Positions 25,870 through 39,959 of a stretch of 64,000 nt of DNA are shown here, piece after piece; position 1 is the stretch's first letter, and each line of letters begins with the position of its first letter. The position numbers were made by a program, and so were the translations under genes. The stretch comes from Epiperipatus broadwayi (lineage: Eukaryota; Animalia; Onychophora), in contig JAQFVV010000002.1 of NCBI GenBank assembly GCA_028023455.1, forward strand, positions 9,176,001-9,240,000. The letters run 5' to 3'. The notes beneath the pieces are model-generated. The model did not search any database and had not been told where the DNA came from. It saw only the letters and a list, made by a program, of their open reading frames with translations.

Positions 25870-27720
25870 ACAGCATGGAGCATATATTAGACCTACTGCG
25901 CCCATTTCACATTCTTATCAAACCTCCTGATAACTTTGTAAATCTTGCCAAAATATCATGTACAAGATTCGTGTACACATTTTTTTTACAACAAAGTTGG
26001 TAAAAGATCTCTGTACATGTTATTTTGGTTAGATACCAAGATTACAAAGTTATCCATGGATTGATACAAATGTGAACAGGCACAGTAGGTTCAATACATG
26101 CTCTGTGTTGCAGCTCTAATACCAATGTACCAAGTTTTTTAATCATATAAAGAATATGGAGAATTTATCTATAAATTCTAGAGAATTCTGGTCTTTTATT
26201 AAAGATTCAGGAATTGGTCATAACAAAGGTGGAATTGCTTGTAATTCCTCATTTTCTGCTGAAGATTTTTCCACATTCTTTGCTTACCTATATAAGAATA
26301 TTGATTATGATTCAACGCCGTTTGCATTTTCAGAGAAATTTTATCATAAAATCTTAATTGAAAGTTTTGATATATTGTGAAGGCATTATGGCACCAATAA
26401 GAAAGTTTAAATTGCATGCTAGTTTGGGGCCAAATAATATGTCTTCTTTTATTTATAAAGGTTGTGCAAGTTTATTGCTAACCCTTTATGCTATATTCTA
26501 AATTGTTCTGTATATAATTGTTATTGGTATTCCAATCCATAAAAATGATTATAATGGTTGTGTAAATAATTTTAACCCTACTTTGATCTTACATGTGGAT
26601 AAATTTTTTAATATAATAAAATCATAGATAATGTCAGTAAATATTTAACCTTCTCCTCAATGTGGTGTTTTATTAAATAGGTCCATTGTAACTAATCTCA
26701 TCATTTTTTAATGTATTGCTTGTTATCAAAGGCTTTTGACAGAATCAATCATAATATTCTTCTTCAAAAACTTTACAGATTAGGTTTCTTTGTAGAGCTT
26801 ATCAAATGGTTCAGTTCATTTATTAAAGGTAGAAAGACTTTTGTTAAATATAATATTCAAACTTTCATTTTATACAATTGTAATTTGGATGAACCTCAAA
26901 GTAGCATTCTGACTCTGTTATTATTCAACATATATATGGATGATCTTAAAGATTATTTTAAGTTCTCTTATTTATAATGCTATGCTGATGACCACAAAAT
27001 TTTCAAACAGATAATTACATTAAATGACGGAATTTCTCAACAAAATGATAATAATTTTATTGCTTGATGTAATGAAAATAAAATGTTGATTGACATGGAC
27101 ATGTGTTCAGTAGTCTCACATTGTAATAAGTCTGAATATATAGATCTCTCATATCATATTGAAACACATAAAATTAAATGTTAGACTTTGCAAAAAGATC
27201 TAAGTATTCTATTTCCAAGTAATGGATCATTTCATGAGCATGTTGAATCCATAATTAAGAGAACTCTTAAAATTATGGGAATGATTTTTAGATATGACAG
27301 ATTGTTTAATAATGAAAATATAAATTAGTCAGAGCACTTGTCCTTTCTATTATTGAATATGGAATGGTTCTCTGGAATCCACACTCAAAAAGAAATATTG
27401 CTAAATTTCAATCATTGGGAAAGAAATTTTACAGAAATGTCAGTTTAAATAAAAACAGCAAATTATCTTTTATTCAAGAAGCATAAAAGAGCTAAAGTTT
27501 TTACACAAAAATTGTAAATAAAAGAGCAATTTGTCAAAACCTGATATCAAATATTTCATTTAAAGTAGTAAAATATAAAAATAGAACTTTAGGTCTTCTT
27601 TATCTTAAAACCTGTTACTCAGATACTCTTAAATTTTCTCCATTGTTTTAGTTATTGGACTCTTATAATAAAGATTTTTACAATAATAATTATATTAATT
27701 TAAATGATAAAACATTTAAT
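25870..27720 (+). mobile_element. Decayed CR1-clade LINE ORF2 (endonuclease end, RT, 3' UTR)
   Basis: SKAFDRINHNILLQKLYRLG..LIKWFSSFIKGRK..PQSSILTLLLFNIYMDDL..YADDHKIF..KDLSILF. Confidence 0.88.
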
Positions 27721-28989
27721 TTATTACAGTGATGACATAGCATCTTTTTTTTTTCATATTTATAATCTACATTATATATATATATTTATTTTTATAACTT
27801 ATATGTAATTTACTTTTATTAATTTTCTATTTTTCTGAACCAACATAATATCTAGTAAAATGAAAATACACACAGAAAAGGTAATTTTTTAAAAAATAAT
27901 AATATTTAGCTCTATTTCTGCCTAGCAGCTTTCAATATATTTTTATTATATCATATTTATGGCATACATGTACTATTTGATTAATTTATGTGCAATCTAT
28001 AATTGGCCTGTAGTGCTGAGGAATTGTATATTAAATATAATGAGATGGTAATTTTTCATCTCATATAGAAATGTATTATTATTCTAACTTATTGGTTTTG
28101 GTTAATATTTTTTTTGGCTTATCTTAATAATTTAATAAAGTTTAAAGTATGTAATGTGTGCGCCTATCTTATATATTAATCAGCTAAAAAAAATGTTCTT
28201 ATCTTTTCTCATAATTAGGATTTAAAAGTTTTCTACTAATTATTCAAGCAGAAATATATTTTAATTATGTAAATTTGAAAAGTTTTAAAATCCTGCTTAA
28301 TTACTAATAGCTCTGAAAAAAAGGTAGGGAAAGGAAGTCTATTTTAAATCAGGCTTTAATGTATGATTTTAATGCACATACATATTTTTTTTTATAGTGG
28401 CATAAGTTTATCAATGAGTTCTAATTGTATTTTGCTAAAGCTTTACTTGATAAAATAGGAGACAAAAGGACAAAATATTTTTTTTGCTATTTCTATTGAT
28501 TATTATCTCTAAAAATGCCAAAGAAGTGCAAATCTTATCTTAAAGGAAAATCAAGGAAATTGGAGAGGAGGGTATAGGAAGAAAAAACTATAAATTGAAA
28601 AAGCTTTTTTTTTTTTTGAAAGAAGAGAGGGGCAGTAAGCAGTAGGTCTTGAAGGAAAATAGATATATAAAAACTTGATAGTGAATCTACAGTGTTTTTC
28701 AGCTCGAGATATCAGACTCTTTCCCAGGAAGCATTTTCTTTGCTGAGCCCAATTCATAGTGGGAATTGATACACTTTTGCAAGGAAAAATGCCCACCAGT
28801 TAGCTGAGGCCACAACACTATAAGCTGATGTGTGAATTCGGTGATCAAATATCAGTTAAGTGTGACATGGAGGGTCAACACCAATTTGGCCATCAGTAAC
28901 AGTGCTGCAATGGAGTGGGTAATTAAACACTCAGACATATTTTTTGATACAATTTAGGAACTGATGTCCTACTCTATAATAAAATGTAT

Positions 28990-31900
28990 TTGCACATTTC
29001 TTTCAATAGAACTTAACATTAAGCTATCTGATGTATATGCATTCATAATAGTTTATAATCATATTATATTTTATAAATTTTGTCTTTTATACATTTTGTT
29101 TTGATCTGTATATCTGTATATGTATTTGTGTCATTGAGAGAGATAATCTTTAAAGTTAACATGAACAGGATAGATAAATAAGTTGATAATAGAGCCACAG
29201 AGACAATTATTGTTGATGTAGAATCATGAGTTATTTCATATAGCCTAAATGGTGAGGGTTTGAGTTGATCCAGTGAGATAGTGATTAATTATATAATATG
29301 TCTAGGCCAGAGATCTCAGGAAGCACCTTGTTCTATAAGAGGAGATGGTCACACATTCCCTTGGATGAGAATAAATGTTCAAAGTTTTATATTGAGAAAT
29401 AGTTTACATAAAAAGAATTGAGAGCAGAGCTGAAGAGAAAGGAAGGTAGAAAGGTTGATCATCTCACTTAGATACAGCATCACACATTATTAGAAAACTT
29501 AATAAAAGTTTGATTTGATAATTTTTACTTACATGTGAGTCTGAATTCATAAAATTTATATATTAAAGATATGCCTCGTGTTAATGGGTATTCGGATACA
29601 GTAATTAGGTGCTTGAAGATTTAGGGTGGCCATGCTACATAAATAAATAAAAAACTAGGGTTGGGTCAGGTCACCAAAAATGGGGATTCATTCAAATCTA
29701 GTTTTTAAGTTATTGGCCTAGTGGCATGCCATAGTGATTATTCCTGTCTCATAGTTTAGTAAGCTATGCAGTACCAGTCATTATGTACCATGATATAGAG
29801 TAAAACTGGGAGTAAATTAGAAAATGGTTTCCCAGTGTGTAGAGCTCGAAGAACAATAACATTGACCTGAGAAAGGAGAAAATTTGAAGAGTTTAAAAAA
29901 AAGAGTGAGATAGGATCCCAAGGGAGGGGGATTTGAGATTTAATTAGAAAAATAAAGAAAAAAATGATACAAGATGTAATTAGAATAAAACAATCAAAGG
30001 GGAGATGGAAGAAAGCTCATTCAAACACAGAGAGTTTAAGGAACTGTTTTGAAATAGATAAAATAAAAAAGAGAAACTAATGATAGCAAGAAATCACTTG
30101 GAGGGTGTGGCCTGAGATTGGTGGAGGACAAAGTACCAAATTTAAAAAAATGTCAAATATGTTGCGGACATTTTAGTGTGTCACCAATTAGGAAGAAATC
30201 CGATGGGGGATTGAGGAATACAGATACAAAAGGAAAGAAGAAATAGAGTATGGACAATTTTTTTAAACAAATGACCAATTAATAACCCTTATAGACTACC
30301 CTATGGCAGAATCGCAGATAATTTGGATGATAAGAAAAAACTTACTTAAGGGGCTACAAAATAGACTAGCAGGATATATAAATAAAGGCTTATAGGAAAT
30401 ATCAGAAGTACTATGAGATTTAGAAAGATATAGTGGAGGAAAGGAAGGGAAATCAGGAGAAAAGACAACAGGTAGTTTTTAATGTTGTCATAGATGAAGA
30501 AGAAAAAATTCAATGAAGGCAGAAAAGGTATGACCACTGATTCCAATAAAGTGCAGGGTATAGAAATACAGAACTGCTTGTTTTGGGAAGCCAAGTCTCA
30601 ATAATTTCCAGCATAATTTTAAATTGAATTAAATGCCAAAATAGTGAAATACAGTTTTTACTTGGAAAAAGTTTGAGATTATGATAGTAAATGGAAAAAG
30701 AGGAAAACTTGAGCCAATACAAGTGGGAGCTCAAGTTATAGGACACACATGATTATTGATGGCAGGGCTGATTAAAGACATAATACTGGAGTCAGACTTT
30801 ATGCATCAAACACAGGCAAAAATAAATTATGGAGACAGATCAACTAAAATAAAAAATGTAACATGATGGGGGAAGACATACGCAAAGAGATAAAAGAGAA
30901 AATCAATTAAATCAATATAGCTATGCTAGGTAGGGAAAATGAACTGAGGAAATGTTACAGCAATATAAAGAAGTATTCATGACAAAATTTAGTGTCATCA
31001 AGGATATATTCATCAAATAAAGCTTAAAGCTAAAACTCATTTTCAAGGCTGCACATGTCCTATACCAATTAAATATAGGAACAAAGTTATCAGCCAAGTA
31101 CAGCAAATGGAAGAATGGGGAATCATAAAGAAGCAACTGTCTTTGTGCATTAACTCTTTAGTGATTGTAAATAAAAAGAATGGGTCTATGACGATATGTT
31201 TGTATGCACATCATCTAAATGTCATTACAATCCCTGATAGACACATGCCTCCCCAGATTTATGATATATTGCTAGGGTTTCAGGGAAAGATATATTTTTC
31301 TTCATTTGATTAACCTCAAGCTATTAGCAAATGGCTCTACATGGTGAAAACCAGATATACTGCATTTTGTTAAAAAGGCTATACTTATGTCTTTCAACAG
31401 ATTCCATTTGAGTTAGTGAAAAGTAGATCTGCATTGCTTCACTGTTTAGATCATGTATTATCTCAGAATGTAAAATATTTTATCATGTATTACATGGATG
31501 ATTTGGTGATATCCTCAAAAGACCAACAAGAACAACTGGAGAATTTTGTTCATCTTCTTAGAAGAGTGCCACAAAAAAGAATATTACTATTAAATTAAAA
31601 ACAAACTGTCTATTACAGAAAGAAATAACATTTCTTGATCACCTACTTAGTAAAGAGAGATCATTTTATTTCTCTCAATAGTGATTGACTTGGGTTATCT
31701 GATATATGCATTCATAATAGTTTAAAACCATATTATCTTTTATACATTTTATTTTGCTCTGCATGTGTTTGTTTGTGTTTCTTTACTGAGTGAGATGATC
31801 TAGAGAAGTTAGTGTGAATATGATAGGTAAATAAGTTGATAATAGAGCCACAGAGATATGTGTTCTTGATATAGGATCATTACTTTTTTCACATAACCTA

Positions 31901-32490
31901 AATAGTGAGGGCTTGAGTTAATACAGTGAGATAATGATTAATTATATAATAAATCTAGGCCAAGGTAATTTTATTTGAACAGAGATCTCAGGAAGCATCT
32001 CATATGTCTGCCGATCCATAAAAGGGAGTGGCAGCATATTCCCTTAGGTAAGAATAAATGTTCAAAGGTTATATTGAGAAATAGCTTATACAAAAGGACC
32101 AGAAGCAGAGCTAAGGAGAAAGAAATCTAAAAAAGTTGCTCATCTTGCTTAGATATAGCATTACACATATTAGAAAACAATAAAAGTTTGATTTGATATA
32201 TTTTACTTACATATGTAAGTCTGAATTTATAAATTATGTATTAACTATGTACCTTATGTTAGTGGGTATTCAGGTACAGTAATTAAGTGCTTGCTGGTTT
32301 AGGGTGATTTTACTACATAAATAAATAAATAACACAAGGGTTTGGGTCAGATTGCCAAAAATGGTGATTCATTGAAACCTAGTTTTAGGCTATTGACCTA
32401 ATGGCACCCAGTAGTGGTTCTGCCTATCTCATAGATTAGTAAGGTTTGCCATATTGTGAATTATGTACCATGGCAATAAAAACTGAATAA
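28990..32490 (+). mobile_element. Gypsy LTR element 2 with an internal deletion (gag-pro-RT present; RNase H and integrase missing)
   Basis: Direct LTRs at about 28990-29821 and 31670-32490. PBS-like tggtttcccagtgtgtagagctcgaa at 29825-29850. Protease ILESDFM motif; RT LVIVNKKNGSMTIC..IYFSSFD..IPFEL..YYMDDLVISS..FLDHLLS joins directly to the second LTR. Confidence 0.88.
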
Positions 32491-33596
32491 TAATTATTAT
32501 CATCATTAGGTTTCAAAGACAATTTCATTTAGTAAACAAAGATTACACTGGTAGTTATATATATAGTAACAATATGTATATATATACGGTATGTGTATAT
32601 ATATATGATTTACATGATTTTATAAATAAAATAAGAATTATATTTCAATATTTGTTTGGAAAAAAAACTTATTTAAAAGAAAAAATAAATAATCTTTGGG
32701 ATTAAGTGAGACTAATTATAACTTATCTTTCTTTTATTTTGTTTATTAAAAGTTTATACTTAATTGAAAAAAAATTTTATACAGTATGTAATCAGTTTCT
32801 GGAGATGAGATTCCAGATTGATTAAATAAACAATACTCACTAAATTGTCTATGTAATTAAAAATATAAAGTCATGAAAAATAAGATAAAAATGTAACTAA
32901 TTTTAAAAAAAAAGATCAAATGAATTGATATCATGGACAAGAATTTGAGCAGGGGAGAAGTCGGAGTCTGTAAATACTGAAAATGCCTATTCTTCAGGAT
33001 CAGAAGAGAAAGAAAACAAAGAAGAAAAAGCAGAAAACAAGTTAGCTTTCCAGAAATGCTGACCAAAGAGTCTATAAGCTAGCTAAAATAACTGAACCCA
33101 GCAGGGCGAAACAATCTTTATACAGTTGTATTGATAGAAAAAATGCATCGCTCGACCAAAGCTGAGTGTTTGTTTATTTCCATCACCTATCCCCTAAACA
33201 TTCTTAGCCAGTTGCAGTAATATATATCTCTGATTCACCTTTGCTGATGTTTTTACCTGTCATGAACTAAATCCATGGAACCAAACCTAGCCATAGTACA
33301 CTGAACCAGGAGTTAGCATCTAACTACCAATATACCTACTCTGAATCAGACAGGATACTGAATTTAAACATAGGTAAACATGTTTAAACATCATTGATAA
33401 AACTTAAATTTTATTTTAAGAGTGAACTTTTACATTTTATTTCTAGCTAGAAATTTTTAAATATCATTTCTACTCATTAATTCTTTTTATATATGGAAAT
33501 AAGCACAATTATTAAAGTATTGTAATTTAATAAGTGTTCATATTTGTGTTTTAAAATGTCAAATATTTATTATATTTTTTTATTTTTTAATAAATA

Positions 33597-35050
33597 TGTA
33601 TAAATTATTGGTGTGGTTTAAGGTTCTCTCTCACTTTACCTATGAGTAAATAGATAATCGAATTTAGATATTGTCTTACTAATCTCATGTTTTAATAGCT
33701 AGTCATGTGTCAAGTGCTTGAAGCATGTTAATGTCATTTCATGGGGTCCACTCAAATGGCTGCATGGTGCCATATGATTTAAACCCATTATAAGTATCCC
33801 CATTTGATGTATCTCACCTCTTGCAATCATGGTGGGGTACCTCAGTTTGGAAAAGTGACCATTGTTTTAATATTTTTATTAAATCTCAGTTTGTGGCAAT
33901 ATGGCTAATATGTATTTATTGTATTTACTCCTCTGCTTGAATAATGGAGTCTAGAAGTATTAAAGATTAATATAAGCTAATAAAGTAAAAAAAAATTAAA
34001 ATAGCCATAGAATTGATCATAAAAAAGGTAAATTCCATTACAAATGGTTCCCAATGTGGGGCTCAAACATTCATTCTAATTCTTAAAAAATGTGTAATAT
34101 AAATAATGGCTCACAGAAATAAAAAATATATAATAATTAAAGTAAATAAATTTATGGGAGGGGAGAAATGGGGAGAGAACTTACAACACTAATGATATTA
34201 ATTTTATATGTTGAAAGAAAGATAAATGAGGTGAATTTTGTTAAAATACAAAAAAAAAAGATATATATCTATGTGGTAGATAAAATAAATAAAGAAATGT
34301 AAACAAATCAGTTTGAATTGAAAAAAATAAAATCTTTTCCAATTTGAATTGATAGCTTGATACTATAATAAAAGTAAAAAAAAAAGGTTTCTAAAGGAAA
34401 AAGTGCTTTAAATTCAAAAAAGTTAAAAAAAACTTTTAATCTAGAAATATTTGGATGGGTCAGCATTGGATAAGAATTTACTAAGCACTGTCATCTGGTA
34501 TCTACTGATTACTAAAGATTCCCCTAGGTGGCATAAAAATAAAAAGAAAAGAATCTTTATATGAACAGCATATGTAAGCTAAGATCAGATGATGTATGGA
34601 TCGTCATGTGATGTCTTATTGTTTTTGTATCAATTCTGGACAAAGAATAAAGATGCTAACTGAACCAGTTTCAGATCTATATAAGTATGCAAACAAATAA
34701 ACTTGGATTTAAAAAAAGAGTTGGTAGTCTGATAGTATATCAAAAAAAAAAATTTAAAAAAGGCTGCCAGATCCTAAAGATCCAAATGCATAGTTCAAAA
34801 AATCCAAAAAGCTCCTTACTAATAAAAGTAATAGTCTAGGAGATTTATTTAGGGCAGCACTGGATAACAATTTATTGAGCACTACCATGTGATATTAATT
34901 GATTACTATAGCTTATACTAGATGATATAAAAATAGGTAAAATAAAAAAGTTTGCTAACAAATGGTAAGATGTAAACTGGGATTAGATGATATATTGTTG
35001 ACAATATAATGAGAGTATTTGTTATGGAAACATTGGTAATTCCTTGTCAT
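33597..35050 (+). mobile_element. Third LTR element remnant (TG..CA LTR at about 33597-34042, PBS, decayed internal region)
   Basis: TGTA..TACA bracket followed 2 nt later by a tRNA-Lys PBS. The internal region is not translatable and contains a duplication with a period of about 400 bp. Confidence 0.55.
34045..34068 (+). other. tRNA-Lys(CTT) primer-binding site
   Basis: tggttcccaatgtggggctcaaac vs TGGCGCCCAACGTGGGGCTCGAAC (complement of the metazoan tRNA-Lys 3' end): 20/24 match, all mismatches in CpG positions. Confidence 0.82.
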
Positions 35051-35539
35051 AATATATAACAATTGTCAGTATGTCATTCAGAGTTTATAAATGTTTCTTA
35101 CATGCCTTAAGCCTAAACATATAAATAATGGTAGTAAAAGCTTCAGAAGAAAGGGAATTTAAAATTCTTCTGAGAGGATGTATATCTATGGAGGACGAAT
35201 TTGGCTTTAGAAATTTTTATCTAATCATATCCTATATACATATGTCATAATTATTCTTCAATTCAACTATTTTTTCAGTAGTCGATGTAATCTTTAGCTA
35301 TAGCAATTGACAACATTAAGTAATATGGGAATGGCTATATTATATTAATGTTTCCTGTTTGTTTACATAAATGATCATTATTAATATCTTTAGCCAGAAG
35401 AGTGAATTTTTAAATTGAATGAGCTTTATTCCAATTATTTAAATCAATTGCATTTTCTGAATAAAAAAGCAGTTTCTTTGCATTTTTAAACTTTACCATC
35501 AAAGATTCATTACAATTGTGAATGTATATAAAAATTATG

Positions 35540-36465
35540 AAAAATATTCTCCTATTCTAAAGTAGTTGATCTGCTCTTTAGCTGTAGCATTTGACCATTT
35601 TTTGCAACTTGAGAATGACTATTCCATATCACTCCTCTATTGTTTATATAGATGATTGTCATTAACAATTTTAACTATTACATACATATGAATATTTTTT
35701 GATTGCAAAGTTTTAAAATGGGAGTAAATTCTCTGCTTTATTGATTAGAAAATGGAATCAGTTTAAATAATTTGCAATAAAACTGGTTTGATTCAAAAAT
35801 TCATTTCACTGGTTAAAGTTATTAATGACAATCATCTATATAAACCAGGGGTGGGCAATTGTTTTGGCTTGAGGGCTACAGAGGTTGGTGGAGGGCCGCA
35901 TCGGGGGCCACTTTGTAAAAGTGAAGGTTAGCGGAGGGCCGCACCTTTTTTATGATGCAATAAACACACTGCTTTATTCACTGTATTACCAAAGAAATAT
36001 TTGTTTGTCCATTCTTCATTAAACACATGACATTTATCACCGATTTTTTTGGAGGGTTCATGGTTTCACTAAAGTTGGAAATGTATATATTTGCTAATGC
36101 AAAGACAAAATTGAAATTAACTAGATCAACTGGAAAAGAAAGCCCTGCACATGGTATCTACTCTGTGCATGTGTATTGATGTGGCCATCTTAGTGGAAAA
36201 TAATAGATGAATCTTCGGTCGTGCACAGGAAGGAAATCTCAGTTCAAGATGTATTTTTCTGATTGTCTTGGAGGGCCGCATAGAAACTCTTAGAGGGCCA
36301 CATGTGGCCTCGGGTCGCTATTTGCCCACCCCTGATATAAACAATAGATATAGTGTAATGGGATAGCTATTTTCATATTGTAAAAAAAACTATCAAACAT
36401 TGTAGTTAGAGACCACATCAATTATTTAAAAATATTTATATTGGGAGGATATTCTCCATAAGTTG
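35540..36465. mobile_element. Old foldback/MITE-like inverted-repeat element interrupted by the hAT MITE
   Basis: 35540-35675 (..ctattgtttatatagatgattgtcattaa..) is the reverse complement of 35815-35845 plus 36343-36465 once the hAT insertion is removed. Confidence 0.72.
35846..36334 (-). mobile_element. Non-autonomous hAT (Charlie/SPIN-type) element, 489 bp
   Basis: 13-bp perfect TIRs CAGGGGTGGGCAA / TTGCCCACCCCTG and a perfect 8-bp TSD ATATAAAC (35838-35845 and 36335-36342). Internal minus-strand KKIGDKCHVFNEEWTNKYFF..KAVCLL resembles SPIN/GTF2IRD2-type transposase N-termini. Confidence 0.95.
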
Positions 36466-36650
36466 CATATATGTTTAGAATTGTAATCATTTATGTCATA
36501 ACTATACATTCATTACTATATCAAGAGGCCTTTAAAAATTTATATTAAACTAAACTTTATTTTAAAATATATATGTGTGTATGTATTACTTTAACTCCAA
36601 TTATTCTATATTTTATATATATATAATATTTTATCTTAAACTTTTTTTAG

Positions 36651-36781
36651 ACAGATTTCTAAACTAATTATATATAAAGCACAATTCAAGGATTCTGGAG
36701 AGTATCATTGTGTTTCAACTAATGTAGTAGGCTTTGCTGTATCAGATAAAGTGAAAATTAATATTTCATTAAAAAAAGAAG
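36651..36781 (+). CDS. Internal exon of a host gene encoding the C-terminal half of an Ig-like (I-set) domain
   Basis: Acceptor ctttttttag at 36641-36650 (alternative acag at 36654) and donor GAAG/gtaag at 36781/36782. Open frame QISKLIIYKAQFKDSGEYHCVSTNVVGFAVSDKVKINISLKKE contains the DSGxYxC..N..G Ig signature. Confidence 0.85.
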
Positions 36782-39700
36782 GTAAGAAAATGACATATTG
36801 TAGTAGCTTAATAGTTTTTGGTTATTTTGAGATATAAATTAAAAAATAAAATATATTGTTTTATCTATAAATCTGTTTTTTTTTTTTTTATAGAATATGC
36901 ATATACCATAAATATACTTATATGCATGCATTGACAGATTACTTGAAACATATATTTAAATTATCTAAGCTATGTCACAAATTTAAATTATAAAGAAAAA
37001 AATATTATAGTTTATGATTATTGATTAGTTGTCAATGATGATTTTAAAATTTAAATAAAAATTTATTAATGCTTTGTTAAAATATTTAACTTGGACAAAT
37101 ATTAATACAATTTCATCTTTAAAATGTTTTACATATTTTTAAAGATTTTAATTTGCTTTAAGTAAAATCTCTATTTTTTTTATTCATATAGTTTTCAGAT
37201 TGTCAAATTAAAATTTACTTGTTTATTATCATTATTATATATATTTGTTATTGCTTAGTGCTGAATTCCATTCTTCTGAATTATTTGTTGTAGTTAATTT
37301 TTTTACATTATAGCAATTTATTTTTTTATATTTACACTTTTTTTTCTTTTTTACTTTAGTATTAACTCCAATGCCTAACTTGATAATCTTCTGTCATCTA
37401 TTCTTGATATAAGTTAATACCAGATTGGCTTTTGTTAATTGTCTTTATTTTTAATTCACTCTTTTGTGATATTCTCATCCAGCTTCTCAATCCATATATG
37501 TATTTTTAATAGTAATTACTCACATTTCATATTTATATAGTAAAGTAATTTGATCAATACTTCACATATATTGCATTTTCTAATTTTATTTTTTTACTAT
37601 TTTCATTTTAAAAAATTTCAGTTCCAATTAAAGAAAAAACTTTTTTTCTTAATCATATTATTAATAATTTATGAATACAAATTGGAACTACATTTTTGAT
37701 AAATAAATATGAAAGTGAAACTGTGTGTGTATATCTCTTAGTGTATGTATGTATTGGCCATATGTAATTTTGGGGATTACAATGGGAAGCTAAAGGAGTG
37801 AAAGTAAATGGTTGACATATAATATCAAGACTGCATTCTTCTTAAAGACAAAATTATTTCCTAAATTCTAACTTCTACAATGATCCTGATATCTCCACTA
37901 TACCTTCACTAAATCATCTAACCATATTACTCAATTAACCTATTGTGACAATAAAACCTAGATCTTAACTTTTTACTTATGGATTCGGCCTTGCTTGTGG
38001 TAACCATAATGAATATTAAAGATATTAATCCACAATTAAAAGTTCACAAACTAAATTTTTTCTGTTTTAATTCATTTGCTTTTCAATAATGTACAATTCT
38101 GAAACATGGTCATATTTTGGCTTATTCAAAAAAAATAGATGAATGACAGACCAGCAATGGGCATCATTATCTTGTTTAATTTGAAAAATGTCTCTGGTCT
38201 GATTTATCTTTAAGAATTATTGGCTTTGTTATAATTATACATGTATTCAAATATTAATACTACTTTCCTGACATTTTCATAATACATCATTAAAACCAAA
38301 GTTTTTTTAATTTCACAATGTAATAAACTCTAAATGATTACATGCATTTTCCATGCAACATTTATGCAAACTATCATTTTTATTCCACTTCTCAGTACTA
38401 AACAGTTCTTACTGATTGTATTGTTGACAATTTCTCAGCCTCATTACTTGATCGCCTATTTCTCTCTTCATCACTTGCAGCAGTCTACATAAGTAAAGTC
38501 CATTCTTTTTTTCTCTCTGATATTATATGATCAATCTTAGATTACGATTATAACAAAATCTAATAACCATTAGTAAAATAAAGGTTCATAAAGGATTCGT
38601 AATGACTTAAAATTATACCTGAATGATATCTCTAGAATTGTCATTATGATGTATTATAGCATTTTTCGGTGCATTTTAATAATTATTAACATATGGGGTG
38701 GTGTTCAAACAGAAAATAGTGGCAAACTTAAAGGAGTTAATAAATATACTTGAATTTATTTACTGGTTAGAATCTCTACAAATTTTCTAATATAATATTT
38801 CAGAGTAGTTAGGTGGTTTAATGAATCTATAAATGAATTTCTAAATAGACAAATTTTAATATATATCACCCAACAGGGACACTTAAATATTTACCAATTT
38901 CACAATATCAACTAATAAACTATAGTTTACTTTGATTAATCATTAAGATTTGATTTAATGCAAGAAATTTTCTACACTCAGGAGGTTACAAATTTATTGC
39001 CATCCTTAATTACTTAAGTAGATTTTCATACTTGCAACAACTGTTTATATGATATACTTATTCATGATGAATTACAGATTTTTTCTGTTTATTAATCAAT
39101 TTTGAAATTTCTCTTTAAAAAATCTTATATCTTTTAAGTTTTCTTGAAGCTAGATATCCAACCTATTTCTTCCATACCATCAATGGCTTCATTACACATT
39201 TAATATTCAATTTTTATTGCAATCATTTACAATAACTTTGTGTACATTTACCCACTATGCCTATAGAATATGTCCAGATATTATTGAGAACCTTTATAAT
39301 TCTTTTTTTTTTTTTGCTAGACATATAATAAAAATGACATTCTATTTTTGGTCTTAACTTAAGACTGTAATTTTGCTTTTCTGAGATTCAGTTCAACTTT
39401 ACAAAAATTTTCATAGATCTGATAGAAATGCCATTTAGCTTAATTCCAAATTATCAATCAGTACTAACTATAAAGTAGCATTTACCTTTATAGTTCCTTG
39501 GTTCTAATGTATTTTGTACTTATCCAACTAAAAAATTCTATCAATTTTTTTATATATACATAGATTATTTACTTTGGGTCCTAAAAGTGCAGTATAAGAA
39601 TAATTCCTTTTATCTTGTTTTGGCTGCAGAAAGGAGTTTGCTATTAATTGAAAGGAAACCCTTTGATTTCTTTTGGACGCCTTAAAGGAACTGAGCAGGG

Positions 39701-39959
39701 CAAATTCTTAATGTCCACTCCATATGTTCTTGTCATTGCAGCTGTTATTACTATGTGATTATTTATATAGTATATAAACATGGATGGGCTGCTCACCAAA
39801 ATGCATTAGCCAGCATGACGAGGTTATTGGATTTTTACCTCTGAGTTTAAGATCAAGAAACACCATGGACTTTCTTCTCAGTTGCCTGATAAGGCAGAAT
39901 GAATGCATGTGTAAATGATAAATATTTTTCCAATATATATATACAATTATGGCAGACAA

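Noticed and set aside
34519-34535. Single CTCF-like cccctaggtggcat
   Set aside because: Isolated, imperfect and inside a decayed LTR element; expected by chance.
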